A DNA stretch of 64,000 nt from Candidatus Eremiobacteria bacterium (GCA_963737065.1 CAVTRC010000001.1:1760001-1824000); one strand, 5' to 3'; numbered from the stretch's first letter, positions 30,432 through 39,392 are shown. The notes: a model not told the origin generated them from the letters alone. Made by a program: numbers and translations.

Positions 30432-32794
30432 TCGCGAATTGCCGCTCCAACACCATCGCGCAATGCCGCAAGCGCTCGCTGCATCGCGCCGTCGGCCTCT
30501 TCATCGGTGATCGTTGCATCGTAGCGTTGAATGATCGCGCGAACGGCCAGACTCTTTTTCCCTTCGCCGACCTGCGGTCCGCGGTATTCGTCGAAGACGC
30601 GGACCGCCGTGCACAGTTCACCGATCGCATCGCGCGCGATCGTGCGAATCCGGTCGGCGGCCACATCGAGGTCGACGACGACGGCGAGGTCCCGGTACGT
30701 CGACGGAAACTTCGACGGCGGGGAGTAGCGTGCGATCCGGTATTCGGGGACGTTGTCCAAATAGATGTTACACAGATAGGCCGGGAAGCGAACGTCGAAT
30801 GCCCGCGTCAACCGTGGATCGACTTTGCCGAGCGTCGCAACCTCGCGGCCGTTGTGCAAAAGCACGGCGGTTTTGCCCGGATGGAACGCGTTGCGAACGT
30901 CACGCGCGGCGTCGACGTTAACGCCCGAAACCGCGCGGATCAGTGCCTCGGCATCACCTTTCAAACGCAAAAAGTTGGAGTCACGCCACACCGGTTCGTC
31001 GAGCGGTTCGGCCGTGAACCCAAAGGTCAAGACCGCCGATTCCGCGAGCGGCTTGTCATCGCTCGAGAACACGTGCCCGATTTCGAAGACGCGAATCGGT
31101 GCGTCGACGCGTGCGAAGTACTGCAAAATGCCCGGTCCCAGTGCCCAGCGCAAGTAGCGTTGATCTTCGGAGAGCGGATTGAGCACTTCGACCACACGGT
31201 GACTCGCCGCGATTCCCGCCCGCGTGATAAGCTCGAACACCTTCGCGCCCTGCAGCGAGTAATTGATGATTTCGTGATAACCGAGCGATGCAAGCGTATC
31301 CGAAAGTTGATTCTCGAGATCGTATTCGGCACTCGAAATATCATGTGCGGGCACCGACGGTTCCACCGCCTCGATTCGATCGTATCCTTCCATACGTGCA
31401 ACCTCTTCGACGAGGTCCGCGGGCATCGTCAGATCGCTTCGCCACAATGGCGGCGTAACCGTGAGCGCATCGCCGGCGATCACGACGTTGCAGCCGAGCG
31501 CACGAAGATGCGCGCCGATGCGTTCGGGATCGAGCCGAAGCCCGAGCAGCCGCTCGACATCGCGCGCGCTCACGAGGATCACGTCTACTCCAAAAACGTC
31601 GCAACCAAAGGCATGCGAATGATACGCATGGGCGCCGGACGTTTCAACGAGCAGTTGCGCGGCACGTGCGGCACCCATGTCGCTCAATACGGGTGCGAGC
31701 GCTTTCTCATGACGCGAGGACGCTTCCGTTCGCATTCCCAGCTGCATCGCCATCCGGCGAACGCGAGCACCTTCGAAATTCGCCGACTCGAGGATAATCG
31801 ACGTCGTGTCATCGCGGACTTCACTCGCTGCCCCTCCCATGAGCCCCGCAAGACCGAGCGCGCGGCGTTCGTCCGCAATAACGAGTGCTCGATCGTTCAG
31901 CTCGCGTTCTTCGCCGTCGAGCGTTTCGAGCGTTTCGCCTTCTCGCGCATGGCGCACGATGAAGTGATGGTGTGCGACTTCACGCGCGTCGTAGAAATGC
32001 AGCGGCTGACCGACTTCGAGCATCACGTAGTTCGAGATGTCGACGAGATTGTTGATCGGCCGCTGGCCGGCGAGCGCGAGGCGAATCCGCATCCACGCGG
32101 GCGCGCGGGCGACGGTAACGCCGTCAAATTGTTGCGCGACGAAGCGTTTGCACGCGGTTGAATCCAGCGTAACCACCGGTGCGCTCGAGCCTGGATCCGC
32201 GTCGAGTCCCGGATTTTCGAACGACGGCGCGCGCAACGGCACGCGGTACGATGCGGCCAGTTCGCGAGCAAGTCCGAGCATGCACATCGCATCGACGCGG
32301 TTGCTCGTGACTTCTACTTCCAGTACGTCGTCCCCGAGACCGAAAAGATCGATGACGTTCGTCCCGAGCGGCGTGTTACCGTCGAGTTGCATGATGCCCT
32401 CTTCAAACCACTCGGGCGTAAGCGCTAGCTCGTCCGCGGAGATCATCATGCCTTCGGATTCGACGCCGCGCATTTTACGGCGCTCGATCGTCAGGTCCGG
32501 CAACTTCGAACCGATCGTTGCGACCGGGATCACCTGTCCCCGCGCGACATTGGTCGCGGCGGTCGCGATCGTCAGCGGCGCGCCGTTGCCGACGTCGATC
32601 CGGCCGACGTGCAAACGGTCGGCATTCGGATGTTTTTCTAGCTCCGCAATCTTCCCCACGACGACACCGCTGATCGCCGGCCGGCGAACGATTTCTTCAA
32701 CCGGAAAGCCAAGCATTGCGAGACGTTCTGCAATCGCTTCGGAATCATCGGGCAGTTCGACGTATTGCCGCAACCAGCTAATCGGAACGCGCAA
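30428..32794 (-). CDS. pheT: Phenylalanine-tRNA ligase beta subunit
   Basis: MRVPISWL, HPNADRL, RGVESEGM, INNLVDISNYVMLE, DLVEEVAR, SKFPSTYRD; AAGGAG SD then TTG. Confidence 0.97.
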   Translation of the reverse strand: MRVPISWLRQYVELPDDSEAIAERLAMLGFPVEEIVRRPAISGVVVGKIAELEKHPNADRLHVGRIDVGNGAPLTIATAATNVARGQVIPVATIGSKLPDLTIERRKMRGVESEGMMISADELALTPEWFEEGIMQLDGNTPLGTNVIDLFGLGDDVLEVEVTSNRVDAMCMLGLARELAASYRVPLRAPSFENPGLDADPGSSAPVVTLDSTACKRFVAQQFDGVTVARAPAWMRIRLALAGQRPINNLVDISNYVMLEVGQPLHFYDAREVAHHHFIVRHAREGETLETLDGEERELNDRALVIADERRALGLAGLMGGAASEVRDDTTSIILESANFEGARVRRMAMQLGMRTEASSRHEKALAPVLSDMGAARAAQLLVETSGAHAYHSHAFGCDVFGVDVILVSARDVERLLGLRLDPERIGAHLRALGCNVVIAGDALTVTPPLWRSDLTMPADLVEEVARMEGYDRIEAVEPSVPAHDISSAEYDLENQLSDTLASLGYHEIINYSLQGAKVFELITRAGIAASHRVVEVLNPLSEDQRYLRWALGPGILQYFARVDAPIRVFEIGHVFSSDDKPLAESAVLTFGFTAEPLDEPVWRDSNFLRLKGDAEALIRAVSGVNVDAARDVRNAFHPGKTAVLLHNGREVATLGKVDPRLTRAFDVRFPAYLCNIYLDNVPEYRIARYSPPSKFPSTYRDLAVVVDLDVAADRIRTIARDAIGELCTAVRVFDEYRGPQVGEGKKSLAVRAIIQRYDATITDEEADGAMQRALAALRDGVGAAIRE

Positions 32795-32817
32795 TTCTTC
32801 TAAACTCTCCTTATTAA

Positions 32818-32862
32818 CCTGAGCCGTGTCGAAGGGCCTTTGTAATCCTGAGCCGTGTCGAA
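32818..32862. repeat. Two exact copies of the 16-bp CCTGAGCCGTGTCGAA (REP-like) between pheS and pheT
   Basis: Copies at 32818-32833 and 32847-32862, 29-bp period. Confidence 0.8.
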
Positions 32863-32866
32863 CGGT

Positions 32867-33901
32867 CTAGGCGAGTTGTTTGAGGAAATCGGGGTCGCTT
32901 TCGACGAAGCGACGGATATCGTCGATGTCGTAGCGCGTCAAACCGAGCCGTTCGATACCGAACCCAAACGCCCAGCCGGTGTAGATCTCGGGATCGTAAC
33001 CTACTTCACGCAAGACGTTGGGATGCACCATGCCGGAGCCGCCGAGTTCGATCCAACCCGAGCCGCCGCACATGTTGCACGCGGCGCGTTCTCCTTTGCA
33101 CTTCGGACACGTCGTGTCGACTTCGGCGCTCGGTTCGGTGAATGGGAAAAACGACGGGCGAAACCGCACGCGTTGATCGCGGCCGAAGAGCTCACGGCAC
33201 AAACCGGTCAGCATTCCCTTGAGATGGCCGAAGTGAACGCCTTCCGCTACGAGCAAACCTTCGATTTGATGGAACTGGAAGAGATGGCGCGCATCCACGG
33301 CATCGCGGCGATAACAACGGCCGGGCGCAACGATGGCAATCGGGGGTTGATGCTGCTGCATCGTGCGAATCTGCATCGGAGACGTGTGCGGACGCAGAAG
33401 CAACGTCTCCGTGATGAAGAACGAATCGAATCCTTCGCGCGCAGGATGCGTCGGCGGAATGTTGAGCGCATCGAAGTTGTAGTAGTCGGGTTCAACTTCC
33501 GGGCCGAGGACGACCGCAAAACCGTGCCGTTCGAAATAGTTGCAGGCATCGCGCAGCACTCGGCGCACGGGATGAATTGCGCCGGACGGCGCTTCGATTG
33601 ACGGAAACGTGACGTCGATCTCTTGCGAAAGCTCCTCGTCAAATGCGCGATTTTCGAGTGTTGCGGCTGCGCGCGACAGCGTCGCCTCCATCCGCTCAAC
33701 CGCGGCGTTGATGATCTTCCCCGCATCGGGACGCTCCGCAGCGGGGAGTTGCCCAATGCCGCGCCGCAATGCCGTCACTTCTCCGCTGCGCCCGAGGTAT
33801 GCAACGCGCACCGCCTCCAACGCCCGCTCGTCCGCCGCACCGGCGACGGCATCGTCGAAACGCCGTTCGAGGTCTCCGAGTCTTCCGTGTAGTTCACTCA
33901 C
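32867..33901 (-). CDS. pheS: Phenylalanine-tRNA ligase alpha subunit
   Basis: NFDALNIP..HPAR, LLRPHTSPMQ, FHQIEG, RPSFFPFTEPS, GWAFGFGIERL. Confidence 0.97.
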   Translation of the reverse strand: MSELHGRLGDLERRFDDAVAGAADERALEAVRVAYLGRSGEVTALRRGIGQLPAAERPDAGKIINAAVERMEATLSRAAATLENRAFDEELSQEIDVTFPSIEAPSGAIHPVRRVLRDACNYFERHGFAVVLGPEVEPDYYNFDALNIPPTHPAREGFDSFFITETLLLRPHTSPMQIRTMQQHQPPIAIVAPGRCYRRDAVDARHLFQFHQIEGLLVAEGVHFGHLKGMLTGLCRELFGRDQRVRFRPSFFPFTEPSAEVDTTCPKCKGERAACNMCGGSGWIELGGSGMVHPNVLREVGYDPEIYTGWAFGFGIERLGLTRYDIDDIRRFVESDPDFLKQLA

Positions 33902-33916
33902 GTACCATGTCATCCA

Positions 33917-33950
33917 CAAAAGTAAAACGCCCGGTAATTATACCGGGCGC
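33917..33950 (-). terminator. Intrinsic terminator between the YqzL-like gene and pheS
   Basis: GCGCCCGGTA-TAAT-TACCGGGCGT followed by TTTACTTTT. Confidence 0.8.
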
Positions 33951-33987
33951 TTCGTTCATCTGACGTTGACTTCTTCCGACTATGCGT

Positions 33988-34089
33988 TCAGCCGGGACTT
34001 GGTGCACCGTAAATGCGACGGTATGCAAGATAGGCGCTGATCGAGCCCGTTTGGGCGAAGAGTTTCCAGAAAAGATCGCTGCTTGCCAT
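33988..34089 (-). CDS. YqzL-like small protein, 33 aa
   Basis: AAGGAG upstream; MASSDLFWKLFAQTGSISAYLAYRRIYGAPSPG matches the W-x-x-F-x-x-T-G-x-I-x-x-Y-L-x-Y pattern of the YqzL family. Confidence 0.8.
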   Translation of the reverse strand: MASSDLFWKLFAQTGSISAYLAYRRIYGAPSPG

Positions 34090-34147
34090 GCTTGCTGAGG
34101 TCTCCTTCTAGCCGTCGGATTCCGGCCTGCGCCGTTGGACTGAAGGC

Positions 34148-34208
34148 ATTTTACCATGTGACTTTTGGCACCGGTAGTCTTGACTTTTTCCCCGGATCTT
34201 ACTGACTT
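34148..34208 (-). promoter_or_regulatory. Promoter of the YqzL-like gene: extended -10 plus three phased AAGTCA boxes
   Basis: Minus-strand TGGTAAAAT at 34156-34148; TGACTT on the plus strand at 34159, 34181 and 34203. Confidence 0.6.
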
Positions 34209-34337
34209 GACAACGTTGCAGCCGGCTATCTCGGGCCAACGATTCGCCCGGTTTCCGTGACGCGTCGTTCCGCGTGCTACACGGCGCAGGCACCCTTGCT
34301 AGGAGTACTGGCGACCGCGTTGCGGCAATGCGCGCGC

Positions 34338-35108
34338 CTAACCGGCCGACGTAAGCGCGTAGAGTGCAATAGATCCCGCAACCGCGGCGTTCAAGGACTC
34401 CGCTTGGCCGATCATTGGTATCGCGATACGGCGGTTGCAGTAGCGCGCCCACGGCCCCAAGCCGCGCCGTTCGTGTCCGACGACCAACGCCGTTCTTTCA
34501 CTCCTCCTCACATCGCGAACACGTTCGCCGCGTACGTCGAGGCCGAGGAATTCCGCGCCGAATCGGCTCGCGACGACTGCGGCGATCTCCGGTTGCGCGA
34601 CGGCGACGGCGAGGCGAAAGATCGAGCCCATTGCCGCGCGCACGACCTTTGGATGATATGGCTCGACGCCGGAGGGGTCGAAAACGATGCCGCGGGCTCC
34701 AAACGCTTCGGCCGAACGCAGCAACGTGCCGGCGTTTCCCGGATCGCTGATGCCGGCGAGGATGACGGACAGCTGCGAGGACAGCACGTCGTCGAGCGGC
34801 GCGTAGCGCACGGGCGCCACCGCAATGATGCCGCTCGGCGTTTCGACGTCGGAGAGCTTCTGCGCCGTGCGTTCGTCGATGATGTAAACCGCCGTACCGC
34901 TCGCTTCCATTTCCCGAACGAGCGGCTCGCGGTCGTACGCATCGCGGCGTGCGAAGATTTCAAAAATCGGCGCGCCTGTATGGACCGCTTCCCGAAGAAG
35001 CGTCGGCCCTTCAAACGCGAACCGCTGCTGCTCTTTTCTCGCCTTTGATGTTGAGAGTGCCCGAGCAAGACGCACGCGTTCGCCGTGCGCGCCCGCTACC
35101 GTGGCCAT
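34338..35108 (-). CDS. TrmH/SpoU family RNA methyltransferase
   Basis: FEG, ETPSGI, DPGNAGTLLRSA, VGHERRGL, IPM..AESLNAAVA. Confidence 0.92.
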   Translation of the reverse strand: MATVAGAHGERVRLARALSTSKARKEQQRFAFEGPTLLREAVHTGAPIFEIFARRDAYDREPLVREMEASGTAVYIIDERTAQKLSDVETPSGIIAVAPVRYAPLDDVLSSQLSVILAGISDPGNAGTLLRSAEAFGARGIVFDPSGVEPYHPKVVRAAMGSIFRLAVAVAQPEIAAVVASRFGAEFLGLDVRGERVRDVRRSERTALVVGHERRGLGPWARYCNRRIAIPMIGQAESLNAAVAGSIALYALTSAG

Positions 35109-35299
35109 CGCGCGCGAACCGCAATCATGAGGACACCGGCAATGATGGCCGAGAGCACAACGGCGATCTTATCGTTGAAATGATGTGGCACGACGAAGAT
35201 GTTGAAGGCATAAACGAGCAGCACGAACGTCGCGAAAAAGAACGCGAGCCAGCCGAGCTCGGCGAGAAGCGACGACCGTTGTTGCACGAACAAACGCAT
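35096..35299 (-). CDS. Small two-TM membrane protein
   Basis: 67 aa with two hydrophobic helices; the stop overlaps the TrmH start region. Confidence 0.6.
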   Translation of the reverse strand: MRLFVQQRSSLLAELGWLAFFFATFVLLVYAFNIFVVPHHFNDKIAVVLSAIIAGVLMIAVRARWPR

Positions 35300-35300
35300 T

Positions 35301-35861
35301 ATGGATACGAAGCCGCAAGTCATCTCCAGCATCCCGCGCTTCAGCGGGCGCATTTTTCGCGTGCGAACCGACGAAGTACGTTATCCTGACGGCGCAACGC
35401 ATGCGGTCGACATCGTACAGCACGGCGCGTCGGCGGCGATCGTCGCCGCGACGGACGCGGATGAAATTGTGCTCGTGCGTCAATACCGGCACGCGCTCGG
35501 ACGCGAGGTATGGGAAATCCCGGCGGGTCGCGCGGAGCCGGGCGAGAGCGCGGCGCATTGCGCCGCGCGAGAGCTCACCGAGGAAACCGGCTACACGGCT
35601 GCATCGATGCGCCCGCTTGGCGGAGTCGCAATGACGCCCGGTTTTTGCGACGAAGTGATCTACTTCTTTTATGCCACGGCGCTGTCGGCGGGCAAACAGT
35701 CGCTCGATGAGGACGAGCGAATTAAAGTCGAGTCCTATCCGCTCGAACGAGCGCGGCGCCTCATTGAAATCGGCGAAATAGCGGATGCTAAGACGGTCAT
35801 CGCGTTGCAGTGGTTTGCGGGAAGTCGCGCTGAACTTGTCGGGAGTCGTGCCGATAATTGA
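35301..35861 (+). CDS. NUDIX hydrolase (ADP-ribose pyrophosphatase-like)
   Basis: LVRQYR, WEIPAG, AARELTEETG Nudix box, TPGFCDE, DAKT. Confidence 0.9.
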   Translation: MDTKPQVISSIPRFSGRIFRVRTDEVRYPDGATHAVDIVQHGASAAIVAATDADEIVLVRQYRHALGREVWEIPAGRAEPGESAAHCAARELTEETGYTAASMRPLGGVAMTPGFCDEVIYFFYATALSAGKQSLDEDERIKVESYPLERARRLIEIGEIADAKTVIALQWFAGSRAELVGSRADN

Positions 35862-35911
35862 GGTACGGGTGAGGGACTACGGTGCTCGGTTTTGCACGGT
35901 GGCGATTCACC

Positions 35912-36202
35912 ATGGAGGATTTTGTGGAAGTACCACGCGACATCGATGCCGTGTTGCGGCGTTTGTTAGAGGCTCCGGTCGACACGGTAGATCAGTCGAT
36001 GCTCGCGCCCGAGGACGAAGCGTACCTCTCGTCGCTCGTGGCTGCGGTTCGTTCGGGACGCCGAGCGGTGTTGATCGTTGAAGACGCCGACGAACGGCTT
36101 CGTTATATGTTCAGCAATGCAACGCGTGCGGAAGCCGTCACCATGCTCGGCAAAGTGGTCGAAGCAACGGGGCGGCGCATCTCAGACGGCGACAACGAAT
36201 AA
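35912..36202 (+). CDS. Hypothetical protein
   Basis: Clean ORF of 96 aa with typical codon use, filling the gap between genes. Confidence 0.6.
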   Translation: MEDFVEVPRDIDAVLRRLLEAPVDTVDQSMLAPEDEAYLSSLVAAVRSGRRAVLIVEDADERLRYMFSNATRAEAVTMLGKVVEATGRRISDGDNE

Positions 36203-36208
36203 CGATCT

Positions 36209-37606
36209 TTATGGCGCGAGCACGAGGCCGTCGATTTTTCCGTCCTTGGTAAGCGTTAGTTTGTAGTGGTAGTGATCGTGCGGGAAACGCACGAAAAACT
36301 CGTAGACGACGTCACCGTCGTCGCCCGAAGTGCTTGCAATCGGCACTAACACTTGCGGCTTGCCGAGTGCCGCAAAATCCGATCGTGCCACGAGCGGATC
36401 CGTAAGGTAGGCTGAAAATGCCGGCGTTAATTGCGTCCGGTCGATCCGCTTATCCGCAATTCGCGCCAGCCACTCACGCGCTTTTGCCATCACGGTGTTG
36501 TCGATGTGCATCGCCGCAGGCGGGATCAGGATGTCGAGCACGTCCGCTGCGATCGCTTCCGGTGACGCAACCCGCCGGCTCGCAAAACGGTCGGTGTTTT
36601 CCAGCACCACCACGGCGATATTGTCATCGGGCAAAATCGCGTTCATCGCAAGATAACCGGCGATTTCGCCGTTATGCCAGATGTAACGCTTTCCGCCGCG
36701 TTCATCGATCACCCAGCCCAGTCCATACTGTGCTTCACCCGGTGCGCCGCTCGGCGTGAACATCGTGCGCTCTGCATCTACACGCAGGAGCAGCGGCAGC
36801 CCGATATCCCATTTTGCGAGATCGTAGATGTTCGTGACGAGGCCTTCCGCGCCGAAAAGCCACGCGGGATCCCACGTATCTGCACGGCGAAAATGGCCTG
36901 GCGAGCCGGTATAGCCGAGCGCATGCGTTGGCGAAATCCCACGATCGCCCGCATAAAACGATGCGCTCATGACGAGCGGCAAAAAGATGTGTTGCTGCAA
37001 GTAGTCGGAGAGCGGAATCCCGCTCGCGCGCTCGACGACGAGACCCGCGATCATGTAGTTGAGGTTGTTGTACTGGAACTTCGTGCCGGGTGCCGCTGAC
37101 GGTGTGAGTTTGTTGACGGCAGCGATGATGTCCAAGAGCTTTACCGTGTGCGTCAGATCGGCTTTCAGTCCGGGCGCCGATTGGTAGTCGGGTAGCCCCG
37201 AGGTTTGCTGAAGGAGCTGAGCGACCGTGACGTTCGGCGCAACGGTCAGTTCCGGGACGTACTTTGTGACCTTGTCGTCGAGCTTCAGCTTCCCGTCTTG
37301 TTGCAGTAAGAGCACGGCTGCCGCCGTGAATTGCTCGCTGATGCCGCCGACGTAGAACTCGGTGTCCGGAGCGACCGGGCGTTTCGCGCCGAGGTCGCCG
37401 AATCCAAACCCGCGGGCGTATACAACCCGTCCGTCTTCTACGACGGCGATCGCCAGTCCGGGCGCGCGCTTATCCCGCCGCACTTGGAAACCAAGGGCGT
37501 CGATCCGCTCGGCCGTCTTGGCCGTGAAGGTATGCAAAGGAGGTCCCGCACTAGGAGTGGGGGACGCGCTCAGGACCGCCAGCCCGAGAGCAAGGCAGAT
37601 TAGCAT
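36209..37606 (-). CDS. Secreted beta-lactamase-fold protein lacking the SxxK motif
   Basis: APGLAIAV, LLQQTSGL, YNN, HNG; FYVGGISEQFT where FxxxSxxKxFT is expected. Confidence 0.88.
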   Translation of the reverse strand: MLICLALGLAVLSASPTPSAGPPLHTFTAKTAERIDALGFQVRRDKRAPGLAIAVVEDGRVVYARGFGFGDLGAKRPVAPDTEFYVGGISEQFTAAAVLLLQQDGKLKLDDKVTKYVPELTVAPNVTVAQLLQQTSGLPDYQSAPGLKADLTHTVKLLDIIAAVNKLTPSAAPGTKFQYNNLNYMIAGLVVERASGIPLSDYLQQHIFLPLVMSASFYAGDRGISPTHALGYTGSPGHFRRADTWDPAWLFGAEGLVTNIYDLAKWDIGLPLLLRVDAERTMFTPSGAPGEAQYGLGWVIDERGGKRYIWHNGEIAGYLAMNAILPDDNIAVVVLENTDRFASRRVASPEAIAADVLDILIPPAAMHIDNTVMAKAREWLARIADKRIDRTQLTPAFSAYLTDPLVARSDFAALGKPQVLVPIASTSGDDGDVVYEFFVRFPHDHYHYKLTLTKDGKIDGLVLAP

Positions 37607-37624
37607 AAGGTTGGTACGATTCCG

Positions 37625-38227
37625 TTAAAAGACCAGCCGTGCCTGGCCGACCATACGATCGTCCGTGAGCAACGCAAGCTGTTGCATGCGATGAGTTCGC
37701 GGTAAATATAAAACAGCGACGTCGCCATGAGGCACGGCGGTTCCAAGCATCGTCTGCCGGCCGTCGTGCATCCAAGCAACGTCCATCGGCTTTTTAGCAC
37801 CGCGGACGACCACACAATACCACGAACCGTCGGTTCCGTACATTACATCGGCGCGAATCCCGCTAAATTGGGCCACCCGATGCGGGGCGGAGGCGATCTG
37901 CGCTATCGCGGCGGCGTCCGTCAGCATCGCCTGGTGCATCGCGCGATCCTGTTCGTAGAAGTAAGCGCTTGGCAGCAAAGCGAGCAGGATGGCCGCCGCA
38001 AGCGCCGCCATCGCGCCCTGGCGCCACGACGCGCTGCGCCGAGGTTCTCCCGGCACGTCGAGCTGCGGTTGCGCGGCGGCCATGGCCGCGACGTCATCGT
38101 ACGCTTCAGCGAGGAGAAGAGCGCATGCTCGGCATTCCGCAACGTGCCCGTCGATGTCGGCGCGCCCGCGCTCATCGAGTAAACCGAGCGCATACAGCGC
38201 AGCGTCTGGGCCGATGTGTCCCGTCAT
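37625..38227 (-). CDS. Zinc-binding anti-sigma factor (zf-HC2, RskA-like)
   Basis: YALGLL...HVAECRAC, then a TM helix; ATGA-coupled to the ECF sigma gene. Confidence 0.85.
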   Translation of the reverse strand: MTGHIGPDAALYALGLLDERGRADIDGHVAECRACALLLAEAYDDVAAMAAAQPQLDVPGEPRRSASWRQGAMAALAAAILLALLPSAYFYEQDRAMHQAMLTDAAAIAQIASAPHRVAQFSGIRADVMYGTDGSWYCVVVRGAKKPMDVAWMHDGRQTMLGTAVPHGDVAVLYLPRTHRMQQLALLTDDRMVGQARLVF

Positions 38228-38766
38228 CGTCCGGCTCCAAGCGCGTCGCCAAGCTTCCGCAGTCCGCTCGCGATGCGGCTTTTGATCGTGCCGAGCGGCT
38301 GATCGAGTTCGCGCGCGATCTCCGTATGCGTCTTCTGCTCGTAGTATGCCATTTCGAGCGGGCGACGCTGTTCGGCGGGTAGCTGCCGCATCGCTGCGCG
38401 CAGCCGGTCGTGTTCGAGAACGTCGACGAACGGAGATTCGGAATGCTCGGGCGGTTCCGCAGCCATCCGTTCCGTCAAACGCACGCGCCGCGTTCTGGAG
38501 CGCAATCGCGTAATCGCTTCGTTGCGCACGCAGACGACGAGAAAGCTGCGCAGTGTTCCGCGCGTGCGCCTATACGAATCCGCGGAGCGCCAAACCCGCG
38601 CCAGTGCGTCCTGAACGCAATCTTGCGCGTCCTCGCGATCGTTGAGCACGTGATATGCGGTCGAATAGAGCAAATTCGCGAACCGTCTACACGCTTCGTC
38701 AAACGCCCACCGTGCTTTGGCGGCAAACGCTTCCGCCAGCGCCTCGTCGGAGGTTTCGCCCCGCAT
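38224..38766 (-). CDS. ECF sigma-70 factor (SigK-like)
   Basis: DAQDCVQD, RNEAI, LPAEQR, EIARELDQPLGTIKSRI. Confidence 0.9.
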   Translation of the reverse strand: MRGETSDEALAEAFAAKARWAFDEACRRFANLLYSTAYHVLNDREDAQDCVQDALARVWRSADSYRRTRGTLRSFLVVCVRNEAITRLRSRTRRVRLTERMAAEPPEHSESPFVDVLEHDRLRAAMRQLPAEQRRPLEMAYYEQKTHTEIARELDQPLGTIKSRIASGLRKLGDALGAGR

Positions 38767-38832
38767 GCGGGCGTGCGTTCGACGGACGATGTCTTGCTGG
38801 CCTTGATTCGCCCACCGCAGCGAGGCGGTCAT

Positions 38833-38860
38833 AAAAAAAGAACGCCCGAAGCGGGCGTTC
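38833..38860 (-). terminator. Intrinsic terminator downstream of the DUF4142 gene
   Basis: GAACGCCCG-CTT-CGGGCGTTC followed by T7. Confidence 0.85.
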
Positions 38861-38894
38861 CGGATGACGAGTTCGTCGTTTATCCTCGACTACG

Positions 38895-39392
38895 CTAGTG
38901 TTGAAGCTTCGAGGCGGCGGCCGTGAACTTCTGGAGTTTTGCGACCTGTTGCTTCGCGAACGACTTCAGCGCCGGATCGGAAGCGCTCGTCGCAGCATCT
39001 TGGAAGTCGCTCAGCACCATCTGCGTGTCGACGTTGATGTCTTGCGCAAATTGTTGGTCGAACGACGCACCGGTGGACGACTGTAGCCGACCGTACTGCA
39101 TGTCGGCGCGGACCGGCGGCTTATTGCTGAGCGAGATGTTATGCGAAGCCGCGTATTTTTTTAGCCAAATGTTCGCCGTGTCGGCGTTCGCCGCAATTTC
39201 GTGAGCCAAGGCCTTGGCGCTTGCGTTCGATGCTTTGCTGCGTGCGAGCGCAGCGATTGCGTATTGGCCAAGGAGATCGGACTGCGCGGTGTTCACGAAG
39301 CTTTGATCGTTCGAGCTTGCCGCTTGGGCGATGCTGCCGCTGCCAAGCCCCGCGACAAGAACCGCCGCTATCATAGCTGTTGCGAATTTCAT
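38895..39392 (-). CDS. Secreted DUF4142 protein
   Basis: Signal peptide; DQSFV, LARSKASN, FDQQF, DPALKSFA. Confidence 0.8.
   Translation of the reverse strand: MKFATAMIAAVLVAGLGSGSIAQAASSNDQSFVNTAQSDLLGQYAIAALARSKASNASAKALAHEIAANADTANIWLKKYAASHNISLSNKPPVRADMQYGRLQSSTGASFDQQFAQDINVDTQMVLSDFQDAATSASDPALKSFAKQQVAKLQKFTAAASKLQH

Noticed and set aside
30527..32161. Long antisense ORFs (544 aa here; 456 aa at 21507-22877; 368 aa at 7183-8289)
   Set aside because: Shadow frames of pheT, lon and other real genes, expected in high-GC DNA; no recognisable motifs.
32818..32862. Mini CRISPR array
   Set aside because: Only two 16-bp units with a 13-bp spacer and no cas genes.
33070..33112. CxxC...CxxC insert in PheS as a novelty
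   Set aside because: This zinc-knuckle-like insert is common in PheS of many phyla.
33902..34337. T-box riboswitch upstream of pheS
   Set aside because: No GGTGGNACC T-box motif found; the space is explained by the YqzL-like gene, its promoter and a terminator.
36209..37606. Antibiotic-resistance beta-lactamase
   Set aside because: It lacks the catalytic SxxK; the family consists mostly of peptidases and esterases.
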